From: a bacterium
GTDB taxonomy: Bacteria > UBA8248
Length of the DNA stretch: 64,000 bases
Reading direction: 5' to 3'
Assembly: GCA_965219955.1 (NCBI GenBank)
Contig: OZ244799.1
Location: 800,001 to 864,000 of the forward strand
In this document: piece by piece, positions 19,598 to 28,162 of the stretch
Layout: each line of letters starts with the position of its first letter
Position numbering within the stretch: position 1 is the first letter of the stretch
The notes under the pieces: model-generated
What the model was told of the DNA's origin: nothing
What the model saw: only the letters and a program-made list of their open reading frames with translations
Databases searched by the model: none
Program-made: the position numbers and the translations under genes

Positions 19598-20239
19598 CTA
19601 GCCTCGATACTTGGCGAATGTCTCGCCGATGCTCGCGCCTTTTTCCAGCTCCGCGGTGATTTTTTCTTCGATTTTCGCAAGTTCATCCATCTTGTCGATG
19701 ACATCCCCGAGCCTTTCCCTGGGGATGACGACCACGCCGTTGACGTCACCGAGAATGATGTCTCCCTGCCTCACCGTGACGCCCCCGCAATTGATCGGCT
19801 CTCCCACGCTGATGGGAAGCGTATACCCGCCGCTGCCGTGAACCGATACCCCTCTGGCGAACACGGGAAATCCCATCTGGCGGTGTTCTTCGATATCCCT
19901 GGCTCTGCCGTCGAGGACGACTCCGCCCAGATTCATCACTTTCGCCCGCGTACTCATCATCCCGCCCCAGTTGGCCGTCGTGACTCCTGGCGGGATGCTG
20001 ATGACGACGATGCTCCCTTCGGGCGCCGCGTCGATGTGGTGCACCTCGCGCTTGGGCAGGGGGCCGCCACCGGCCGGAACCATTCGAACGGTGTGGGCCT
20101 CTCCCACCATCCGATAATCCGGGTCGGGCGACAACAGGATGATGTCGGGCATGTGGCCTCTGATTTTCAATTTATCGAAAGCGTCCGCCGCCTGACAGGT
20201 CGAATAGCTTCCCAAACGATTCAACAATTCGTTGCTCAT
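19598..20239 (-). CDS. RraA family / HMG-CHA aldolase-like protein
   Basis: ANWGGMM, DGRARD, FPVFARG and GDIILGDVNGVVVIP motifs. Confidence 0.88.
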   Translation of the reverse strand: MSNELLNRLGSYSTCQAADAFDKLKIRGHMPDIILLSPDPDYRMVGEAHTVRMVPAGGGPLPKREVHHIDAAPEGSIVVISIPPGVTTANWGGMMSTRAKVMNLGGVVLDGRARDIEEHRQMGFPVFARGVSVHGSGGYTLPISVGEPINCGGVTVRQGDIILGDVNGVVVIPRERLGDVIDKMDELAKIEEKITAELEKGASIGETFAKYRG

Positions 20240-20324
20240 GAAATTCTCCGTAATCCGTTGTCTCCGAATAGGTCGGCGTCATGTGGCGAATGGAGTGCTC
20301 AGATTCTCTTTGAAGGCCTGCGAT

Positions 20325-21077
20325 TTATACACGAAATTCCGAAAATCGCACACCATCCGGATCGAGTTCCTCCAGGGCGCTCAGTTCTCCGGCGTCTGGC
20401 GCGGGAGTTTGCGCCACCATGCTCGGGCGCTTCAGGTCGAAGCCTGTTTTCTCGATCACTTCATCCAACGAGTGGCCAGGGTGAACGCTGGCGATCTCGA
20501 GCCCGGTGGGTTTTTTCTCGAACAAGGCGATGGGTGTCACGACGTGGCTCAGATTGCCCGATTGCGTCGAGAAATCGACTTTGGGTACGAGAAACCGCTT
20601 GTCGTGCACCGTTCGCCATATGACGGTTCGTTTCACCTGGGGCATGATAACGGCGCCTCCCCCGCCGCCAGGGAGTCTCACTTTCGGGTGGAAGGGATCG
20701 CCGATGTAGCTCAAGTTGGCTCGTCCCTGCTTGTCGAGTTGGGCGGCTCCCAGAAAAGCCATGTCCACCCCGCCGCGCGCAAAGAGATCGTACATATCCG
20801 GGTTGTAGAACATAGAAGCGGCACCATGGCAGAGTTCAGGGTCGGCCGTGCTGTTCGGCATAAAGCGCGGTTTCGGGTCCACCGAACCCGCGACTTCTAT
20901 GAGCGAGCAGTTGGGGGCATGTCGTTTCTTGGCCAGGAAGATCGCGACCATGGGAAGCGGGGAGTTGACCCCGTGAAACACGTTCTCGCCGTCTTCGATA
21001 AGGCGCGACAGCGTTACGGCCATCTGGTTTCCGGCGCGGCTCACATGTTCGGGCAACGAAGCCAGGCGGTTGCCCAT
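20325..21077 (-). CDS. CoA-transferase-fold beta subunit (GctB/IpdB-like)
   Basis: [37 protein letters not shown] and TGF motifs. Confidence 0.9.
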   Translation of the reverse strand: MGNRLASLPEHVSRAGNQMAVTLSRLIEDGENVFHGVNSPLPMVAIFLAKKRHAPNCSLIEVAGSVDPKPRFMPNSTADPELCHGAASMFYNPDMYDLFARGGVDMAFLGAAQLDKQGRANLSYIGDPFHPKVRLPGGGGGAVIMPQVKRTVIWRTVHDKRFLVPKVDFSTQSGNLSHVVTPIALFEKKPTGLEIASVHPGHSLDEVIEKTGFDLKRPSMVAQTPAPDAGELSALEELDPDGVRFSEFRV

Positions 21078-21079
21078 CG

Positions 21080-21907
21080 TTATTTCGTCACCGCGTCTTG
21101 CGCGTGTGTTTCATCGGTGCTTGCCAGATAATCCCGAAGCCCGTCCTGGCTTTGGGTCAAAGTCATGTAGCGCCTCATCTCGGTTTTGTCGACTCCATAA
21201 TATGGATGGCAACTGCATGGGGACGCCCCGCCCGGCGTTTCCACGACAGCTTTGACGAGAAAGCCTGGAATCGTGGTTCTCTCCGGCTCCGCAGCGATTT
21301 CTTCGGGGTCTACGATTTTCTCGGTCGTGAGAATGACCCCTTTTTGCGCCGCGCGCGTCATTTCAACGTCGAATTGCTGGTTGCCCAGGATTTGTGCGTT
21401 ACCCTGTGGGTCTGTTTTCTGGACGTGGATCAACGCCCAGTCCGGCTTGAGGGCGGGAATCGCATAGAGTTCCTCTTTCGTGTAGGGGTCTTCAATTGTG
21501 AAGATGCCGCTTTGCTCCGGAATGTCGCTCCCGTCGAATCCGCGAATGGGTTGGAAGGGAACGCCGTAGGCTGCGGCCCGCAGCCCAGCAAGTACGGTGG
21601 CTCAGGCGTGTTCGGTCAGGCCGGTCAACCCTTTTTCAATCGCCTTTCGATAGTGAGGCGCCAATCCGAATTCTGCCTCGAATGTAACAATGCCGCTGAT
21701 GATTTTCTTCACGGCGCCTGCGGCGCAAAGGAGATCGGCGTCGTAACCGGGAGAGGGCTTGATGAGCGTGAGGTCCCGAAGACCCACGCGCGCAATTTCG
21801 CGGACGAGCGCGGCGGGCGTTCTGTGTAAAAGCGTTCCCCCGGGGCTGATCGCGTCTCCTTGGCGGATGAGAGAAGCGGCTTCTCGTAAGGAAATTTGCT
21901 TGCTCAT
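21080..21907 (-). CDS. CoA-transferase-fold alpha subunit (GctA/IpdA-like), probable selenoprotein (TGA at 21604-21602 = Sec102), 275 aa
   Basis: ORFs 21602-21907 and 21080-21433 share one frame. Reading through a single TGA gives ...TEHA-U-ATVLAGLRAAAYGVPFQPIRGFDGSD...DPYTKEE...PALKPDWALIHVQKTDPQGN..., an uninterrupted full-length alpha subunit. A hairpin follows the TGA. Confidence 0.85.
21567..21587 (-). promoter_or_regulatory. Candidate bacterial SECIS element for the CoA-transferase alpha subunit
   Basis: mRNA +15..+35 after UGA: UGGGCUGCG-GGC-CGCAGCCUA, a 9-bp stem (one G-U) with a G-initiated apical loop at +24. Confidence 0.65.
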
Positions 21908-22141
21908 GGGCAGTTTTCATCCCTTTGTTTAGGGCGTATGCAACAGGAACAAGAAACCATGCGGCATAGTTTAGCAAAAGTAGATGTCTTGTGCTTGCTC
22001 CCATACGCCTTTTTGCTGGCAGAGAGGTGATTTCGACGCATTCATTGACCAACGGCCTCGGTGTGGCGTAAATATCGGTGAAATGACACTTTCTATCATG
22101 TGCCGGCATACATCCAGACGAATCAATTAAAGGAGCATGGA

Positions 22142-22654
22142 ATGCCACGAATTTCCTTGTTAGAACCCGAGCAGGCGGAAGCGTCCGCGAAACGCATCAT
22201 GGAGAATTTGCAAAAACAGTTCGGTGTCGTGATTCCGCCGGTGAAGGCCCTGGCCCACAAACCGGATTTCTTGCGCTCCTTGCTGAGTCTGACCACGGTG
22301 GCGGATGGCCCGGGGGAAATCGACGTCGGCTTCAAGGAAATCCTGAACATTCGAGCATCGGTGCTCAACGGGTGTCATTTTTGCGCCAACATGCATTCGA
22401 ACATGGCGCGCATGCACAAGGTGGGGGATGAGAAAACGAAAGCTGCGCAAGAGGGTTCCTCGAGCGACGTTTTTGATGAAAAGGAAAAGGCGGCGCTTCG
22501 CCTTTGTGAGGAAAGCACGCAGGGGGTGAGCGTTTCAGACGAAACATTCGAAGCGCTGAAGGCGCACTACTCGGAAGCGCAGATTGTGGAGCTCCTCGGC
22601 GCCATCGCGCTCATCAACACCTGGAATCGGCTCATCGTGGGAATGGGATTTTAA
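22142..22654 (+). CDS. AhpD/carboxymuconolactone decarboxylase family protein
   Basis: KE...IRASVLNGCHFCANMH (CxxC...H) and EKEKAAL motifs; RBS AAGGAG. Confidence 0.88.
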   Translation: MPRISLLEPEQAEASAKRIMENLQKQFGVVIPPVKALAHKPDFLRSLLSLTTVADGPGEIDVGFKEILNIRASVLNGCHFCANMHSNMARMHKVGDEKTKAAQEGSSSDVFDEKEKAALRLCEESTQGVSVSDETFEALKAHYSEAQIVELLGAIALINTWNRLIVGMGF

Positions 22655-22704
22655 TACGAGGGCTTACTTCTTCGCGGCCGGGTCCGCTGAGAAGGGAGGA
22701 TTTA

Positions 22705-23883
22705 TTAGAGGCTCAGTGCAGCCCGGCTGACCGTAAGTTCGGTTTCTCCCAATAGCTCCGATGTCGTGAGTTTTCCGCTCATCACGGAGATCAGTTCGTT
22801 TTCGAGCAAATCCCTCGCCTCGTCGATGCGCATCGTTCCTTCCATAACGCCGCTGATATCCACGTCGATGTTCTCGGCCATCGTCCGCGCGGTTCGGGGA
22901 TTTCCCGTCACCTTGATGGTGGGAGAGACAGGGTGCCCGATGGGGTTGCCGATTCCGGTCGAGAAAACAATCGCCTGCGCCCCGCTGGCCGCCAGGGAGG
23001 ATATGTTCTCCACGCCTGCGCAGGGCGCGTCGGCGAAGATGGCGCCTTTTTTCTTGGGGCGCTCACCCACGCCGACGACTTCGACGATGGGGTGGCTTCC
23101 CGCTTTTTTGATGGCTCCCAAGCTTTTCTCCTCGATGGAGGAAAGTCCGCCCCGGATGTTATCGGGCGCCGGGTTCGAGCCGATGAAATCGACGCCGATG
23201 CTTTCGGCATAATCGACAGCGCGCTTTGCGGAATCGATGATTCTCCGCCCCGTCTTCCTGTCCGCGGCCCGGCGGGCGAGCAAATGCTCGGCTCCGACGA
23301 TTTCCAGCGTTTCGGAAAAGATGACAGACCCACCCGCTTCCACGACCCTGTCGGCGACCATTCCCGTCACGGGGTTTGAGATGACGCCGCTGGTCGTATC
23401 CGAGCCTCCGCATTCGGCCCCGATGGTGAGTTCGCCCAATTCACAGCGGACGCGCCTGGCGGATGCGAGGTGGTCGGAAAGTTTCGTGGCGAGCTCCACG
23501 ACGTGCGAAGTGGTGCTGAGTGTGCCTCCGATCTCCTGGATGTTCACGGCTTCTATGGGCATCCAGGGAGACGTTCTCGCGGCTACTTCCGCGATGGCGT
23601 TGGCGCTCTTGGGTTCGAGGCTCACGATGATGGCGGCTCCTACGTTCGGGTGAGCAGCCGTGTGTCCCATGACCCGCCAATGTTGCGCTTCGTCCTCACC
23701 CATCAGGGCGCGTCCGAACGAGGTGTTGACGGGCGTGGCGTCTCGCACCAGGGAGCCGATTCTGCGGACGATGGGGTTGGAATTGTCCATTCCGCTGACG
23801 ATGGCGAGATGATTCCGGCCGCCCGGAGGGCCTTCGGGTCTCCTGTAGCCCCAGAAGGTGGGAGTGGCTTTTTTTCGGGCCAT
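22705..23883 (-). CDS. UxaA/GarD/SuyB-family dehydratase, catalytic subunit
   Basis: FWGYRR, HPNVG, ECGGSD, SNP, NPAPDNIRGGLSSIEEKSLG and FSTG motifs. Confidence 0.9.
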   Translation of the reverse strand: MARKKATPTFWGYRRPEGPPGGRNHLAIVSGMDNSNPIVRRIGSLVRDATPVNTSFGRALMGEDEAQHWRVMGHTAAHPNVGAAIIVSLEPKSANAIAEVAARTSPWMPIEAVNIQEIGGTLSTTSHVVELATKLSDHLASARRVRCELGELTIGAECGGSDTTSGVISNPVTGMVADRVVEAGGSVIFSETLEIVGAEHLLARRAADRKTGRRIIDSAKRAVDYAESIGVDFIGSNPAPDNIRGGLSSIEEKSLGAIKKAGSHPIVEVVGVGERPKKKGAIFADAPCAGVENISSLAASGAQAIVFSTGIGNPIGHPVSPTIKVTGNPRTARTMAENIDVDISGVMEGTMRIDEARDLLENELISVMSGKLTTSELLGETELTVSRAALSL

Positions 23884-23885
23884 AT

Positions 23886-24158
23886 CTAGCCTCTGGTGCT
23901 TTTGATGTTGTGGACGTGGACGTGGCTTCCGGTGGATATGTTTTGCGTGGCGGTGCCGATCACCTCGCCGTATTTGAGCACTTTTGCGCTCGGGCGGATC
24001 TTTCGCAGCGCGATTTTATGGCCGAAAGGAATTGCTTCCGTCGCGGTAATCGTCGAAGTTTCCTCGTTGCCTTCGACTTCCACATTCTGCTCGGGTGCGA
24101 TGTCCTCCAGCACGGTGGCCACATTGTCTTTCGGGTGCATCACCAGCGCTCTGCTCAT
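23886..24158 (-). CDS. SAF-domain subunit of a split UxaA/SuyA-type dehydratase
   Basis: DNVATV, IPFGHKIAL, KYGEVIG and HVHVHN motifs. Confidence 0.9.
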   Translation of the reverse strand: MSRALVMHPKDNVATVLEDIAPEQNVEVEGNEETSTITATEAIPFGHKIALRKIRPSAKVLKYGEVIGTATQNISTGSHVHVHNIKSTRG

Positions 24159-24179
24159 CGGGTGCTCTCCTCGGCGAGT

Positions 24180-24521
24180 CTAGTCGTCGCTTCCGACATT
24201 CCCGGGCAGCCTCAAGCGAAGCCTTTCGACGGGACGGCCGTTTTTCAGGTGTTCCTCGATGAGTTCCGGAACGTCCTCCACCTTTACGCCCGTGTACCAG
24301 ACCCCCTCCGGATAGACGACCAGGGTGGGACCCATCGTGCACGGACCCAGACAAGTGGCGCCGGCCATGGCCGTATCCGCAGCGAGTTCATCGTTCGAGC
24401 CAATCGCTTCCGTGATCGCTTGCGCCACTTCGATGCTGCCCTTGCTCTGACAACAGCCCATGGGATGAGTAGGCGGGCGTTGATTGATGCAGACGAAAAC
24501 GTGTCTTTTGATGTGTTCCAC
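24180..24521 (-). CDS. Thioredoxin-like [2Fe-2S] ferredoxin
   Basis: HVFVC...CC...CLGPC..GP..VVYPEGVWY motif; GTG start. Confidence 0.9.
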   Translation of the reverse strand: MEHIKRHVFVCINQRPPTHPMGCCQSKGSIEVAQAITEAIGSNDELAADTAMAGATCLGPCTMGPTLVVYPEGVWYTGVKVEDVPELIEEHLKNGRPVERLRLRLPGNVGSDD

Positions 24522-24623
24522 GGTTATCCTCTTTTCAAATGATGGGTGAACTCTTGTGGAATTTTCCCGAGCGAGGTTTCAAAGTCTATCGGCTTCTACC
24601 CTGAATGACTTTGCCAGAAGGGG

Positions 24624-24651
24624 ATGATACGCTCCGTTCACTAGAAGTCAA
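24624..24651 (-). promoter_or_regulatory. Putative sigma70 promoter for the ferredoxin-SAF-UxaA genes
   Basis: TTGACT-16 bp-TATCAT on the minus strand. Confidence 0.4.
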
Positions 24652-24721
24652 GGGATTCGCCGCTTTTGGATTCAGGGTAGGCGGGTCGGTCGCCATGGCC
24701 TGAGGTGAGTCTGTCTCTATA

Positions 24722-27469
24722 ATGTTCAAGAAATTTCCAAACGACGTGAACGAAGCGTTCTTAGAAGATCAACAACCTGTCGTCTACCGGATGAAGGGTG
24801 GTCCCACCTGTCTTTTCCTGCAGGACTCCAACGCTCCTGCCGTGAGCGTGCAGGCATGGTTTCTCGTCGGCAGTCTTACGGAAACGGACCGGCTCGCGGG
24901 CGTCTCCCATTTCCTCGAACACATGATATTCAAGGGTTCGGAAAATCTGGAAGTAGGAGAACTCGCCTCTCTGGCCGAGTCTTCCGGCGGGGACATCAAC
25001 GCCTATACGACGAACGAATCCACCCATTACGATCTGATATCGATGCCGGATGAGTTCGAAGGGTGCCTGCACGCGCTCCTCGATGCGCTTTGGTGGCCCC
25101 GGTTTGAGGATAGCGAAGTTCGCCAGGAAAGACAGGTCATTCTTTCCGAATGGAACCGCACCTATGAACAACCCGACCAAGTGCTTCAATATCACCTTTA
25201 TCGCGAGGCATACGGCCCCCGGCATCCATACGGGCGCGCCATTCTAGGCACTCGACGGACGCTGAAGAGCATAGGTGCGGGGGAGTTGAAGAAATATCAC
25301 GCAAAATTCTATGAGCCCTCATCCGCCGTGCTGGTGTTTGCCGGAGATTTTGACATCTCCAGGGTGAAATCCATTTTGAGAAAAGGACAAAAAAGCTTTC
25401 TCAACAGATGGCCGAAACTACAGCGGCGGAAAATGCCGAACGTTCCCCGGCCGGCTCCTCTCAATGCAGGGCCGCGCATCTTTGTGCGGCGTGGCCGCGC
25501 GGGTACGGCGCACTTGGAATTCGCCTTTGAAATTCCTCCCCTGACGCACCGGGATGCTCCCGCACTGGAAGTGCTCGGTATCGTCCTGGGGTCGGGCGAA
25601 AGCTCACGCCTGTATGAGCAGCTTTGCATGAACACTTCGCTGATGTTCGACGTTTCCGCTGATGTCTATCTCTCCAGCGGGCCGGGGCTGTTTTTCCTGG
25701 GCGGATATACCGCGCCGGAAAGCGTCGAGATGGCCGCCGAGCAAATCCTCCAGGTGGCGAAACAAATCATTGAAAACATGCCGCTCACTCCGGGTGAGTT
25801 GGATAAAGTGCGCATGAATTATCTGGCGGGCCTGGAGTTTCGGCGTGAGAGTATGACGGGCCGGGCCCGTGTAGCGGGCTATTCCGAGCTGATTACCCGA
25901 GACCCGAATTATCATTTGAAGTACATGAAAATGGTGATGAAAGTAAACGCGGATGACGTCTCGGATGTGGCGAGGCGATATTTGACGCCTTCGCGAATGA
26001 CCGCGGGTGTGTTTTTCCCCAAGGGGGAGGCGCCGCGAGTCGGCGTGCGAAGAATTCGCAAGGCGATATGGAAGGGATTCGAAAACAAGCTTGAGCAAAA
26101 ACGAAACGACATGCATCGAAGCCAGGGCGTGGCGGAAAAATCAACCGTATCCGGACATGCCCGGTCCGTTTCACAAAAAAGAGGCCATGTTAAAAAACGA
26201 GGGCGCACGGGGGCGAAGAGTAAACCTGTAGAGACAAAACTTCCGGGCGGAGGACGGCTGGTTATGCTTCCTGATGGCGGCCCGCGCGTTTTCTCTTTAC
26301 GAGCTGTATTCCTGGGGGGACAAAGAAATGAATCCGCCCGCCAGTCCGGGCTGCATGCCCTGATGATGTCCGTAGTCCCCATGGCGACCAGGAGATGTCC
26401 ATCGTTTGTTCATACCAAGGAAGTAGAGGGTTTGGGTGCGAGTATCGATGGGTTCTCGGGGAGGAATTCGTTCGGGCTGACGGCTTCCGGCCTCAGCGCG
26501 GTATTGCCGGAAGTCATGGATAGATTCGTGGAAGTCATGTCGGAGCCCGCTTTCGACGAGAATGATGTCGAGTTCGTCAGGGAAGAACTAAAAGCGGAAC
26601 GTGAAAGTGAGTTGGACGATTTGGGCCGATACTGTCGATTCAAGGGTCATCAGCTTTTGTATGGAAAGCATCCATTGGGGCGCCACCCACTTGGAAATCA
26701 AAAAACGATGGCCGCCTTCAATCGGAGGGTTTTGAAGCGGGAATGGCGCAAAAGGACATCGCCTGCGGATTTGGTTGTCGCGGCGGCCGGCAATTTCGAT
26801 GTCTCTCGTCTCGAAGAGCGTCTATCGAAAATGCTGAAGCCTTGGGCCGGGAGCGCTCCCCGGCAAACGCCGGTCCTTCAGCCTCCTCCTCCCGGAAGCC
26901 TCTCAAGGAGGCGGTTTCGCTCATATGAACTTGATGGAGTGACGCAAAGCCATATTCATATGTCGTTTTTGGGAGCGACGTTTCATGAGCCGGTCAGACA
27001 TGCGCTTGCGATTATCGCTGCTGCATTGGGCAGTCAGGGCGGCGGACTCTTCCTGGAACTGAGAGAAAAGCGCGGCCTTGCCTACGATGTGAACGTTTCC
27101 TCTTACGAATCTCTGGACCCGGGCCCCATTTCTATTTATGCGGCTACTCCCTTGGGGAAGGAAAAACTGGTCATCGACCTGATGCGGCAAGAAATTGCGC
27201 GGGTAATTTTACATGGACTTGATGATGAGGAATTCCAGCGAGCCAAGTCTTATCTCATTGGAGGATTGTCTCGCGCTCATCAACGCGCCTTTGCGAGAGC
27301 GGCCGACCTGGCGGGCAGATTCGTCCATGGTTTGGGATGGGAAACGCTTGAAGAAACGAAGCGGCAAATTGAAGAGGTGGACATGGATTCCGTCAGAGAA
27401 GCCGCGCGTCATTTTATGAAGCCGAGCAAAGAATGCCTGGTGACTGTATCGGGCAAGACGTTGAAATAA
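24722..27469 (+). CDS. M16 family zinc protease (insulinase/PqqL-like)
   Basis: HFLEH zinc motif, INAYT and HPYGRAILG; two-module architecture with RE..GLAY. Confidence 0.9.
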   Translation: MFKKFPNDVNEAFLEDQQPVVYRMKGGPTCLFLQDSNAPAVSVQAWFLVGSLTETDRLAGVSHFLEHMIFKGSENLEVGELASLAESSGGDINAYTTNESTHYDLISMPDEFEGCLHALLDALWWPRFEDSEVRQERQVILSEWNRTYEQPDQVLQYHLYREAYGPRHPYGRAILGTRRTLKSIGAGELKKYHAKFYEPSSAVLVFAGDFDISRVKSILRKGQKSFLNRWPKLQRRKMPNVPRPAPLNAGPRIFVRRGRAGTAHLEFAFEIPPLTHRDAPALEVLGIVLGSGESSRLYEQLCMNTSLMFDVSADVYLSSGPGLFFLGGYTAPESVEMAAEQILQVAKQIIENMPLTPGELDKVRMNYLAGLEFRRESMTGRARVAGYSELITRDPNYHLKYMKMVMKVNADDVSDVARRYLTPSRMTAGVFFPKGEAPRVGVRRIRKAIWKGFENKLEQKRNDMHRSQGVAEKSTVSGHARSVSQKRGHVKKRGRTGAKSKPVETKLPGGGRLVMLPDGGPRVFSLRAVFLGGQRNESARQSGLHALMMSVVPMATRRCPSFVHTKEVEGLGASIDGFSGRNSFGLTASGLSAVLPEVMDRFVEVMSEPAFDENDVEFVREELKAERESELDDLGRYCRFKGHQLLYGKHPLGRHPLGNQKTMAAFNRRVLKREWRKRTSPADLVVAAAGNFDVSRLEERLSKMLKPWAGSAPRQTPVLQPPPPGSLSRRRFRSYELDGVTQSHIHMSFLGATFHEPVRHALAIIAAALGSQGGGLFLELREKRGLAYDVNVSSYESLDPGPISIYAATPLGKEKLVIDLMRQEIARVILHGLDDEEFQRAKSYLIGGLSRAHQRAFARAADLAGRFVHGLGWETLEETKRQIEEVDMDSVREAARHFMKPSKECLVTVSGKTLK

Positions 27470-27478
27470 CCCGGCTAT

Positions 27479-28162
27479 CTAGCGTTCGGGTTGTTGAATC
27501 TCGCTCAAATCTTCTTGTAGTTTCCTCAACCGGCGACGCAATTGCGTCATTTCCTCGATGATGTTTTCTTCTTTCTGGTATGTGAGCAGCATTCGCTCCA
27601 ATTCCCTGAGTTCAGCAGCCAGTCTGCGCCTTTCGGCGGGATTTCTCGATCGAATTCGTTCTTGTTCGATATCTTGAATGCGTTGTCGCAATTCTTCGAG
27701 AGTCATCGTCGTACGTGGCGTCAAAGGGATTTCTTTTGAGGTTTCATCTCGCGTGATTGCTTTGGGCCTTTGCCGGGCATGGCCGGGCCTCAGATTTTCC
27801 TCCACTTCAGCAGGAGTTCTGGATGGGAACCGATCGTGCATGCGGGGCGTTTCGGCAGAGGGGGTCGCAGGGATTCTATTGCTTTTATCGTTTGCGGGTT
27901 TTGTTTCTCCGGTGTCTTTTCGCCCGTATGCGTGGTCTCTCTGATATTTCCCGATGGAGATCAGCGTATTCGTAACGGCTTTCTGGGTCTTGAAGTATGC
28001 GGACTGCACGGTGGATTTCGTTCTCTCCCAAACGTTTTTTGACGAAACGTTGCTTCCGGTACAACCCCCGGCCAGAATGCTGAACAACATGGCGGATAAA
28101 AGAAGAAGTTTTTTGTCAGAATAGAAATTAGTTTGCGATTTGCTCGTATTCTTGTGTCTCAT
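27479..28162 (-). CDS. Hypothetical lipoprotein with C-terminal coiled coil
   Basis: Signal peptide KKLLLLSAMLFSILAGGC and an E/R/L heptad-rich C-terminus; overlaps the hflX 3' end. Confidence 0.6.
   Translation of the reverse strand: MRHKNTSKSQTNFYSDKKLLLLSAMLFSILAGGCTGSNVSSKNVWERTKSTVQSAYFKTQKAVTNTLISIGKYQRDHAYGRKDTGETKPANDKSNRIPATPSAETPRMHDRFPSRTPAEVEENLRPGHARQRPKAITRDETSKEIPLTPRTTMTLEELRQRIQDIEQERIRSRNPAERRRLAAELRELERMLLTYQKEENIIEEMTQLRRRLRKLQEDLSEIQQPER

Noticed and set aside
21080-21907. Pseudogene (nonsense mutation) interpretation of the split CoA-transferase alpha gene
   Set aside because: There is a single TGA, no frameshift or decay, an intact partner subunit and a hairpin right after the UGA, and a second textbook Sec gene lies in the same window. 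Disfavoured, but not formally excluded without homolog alignment.
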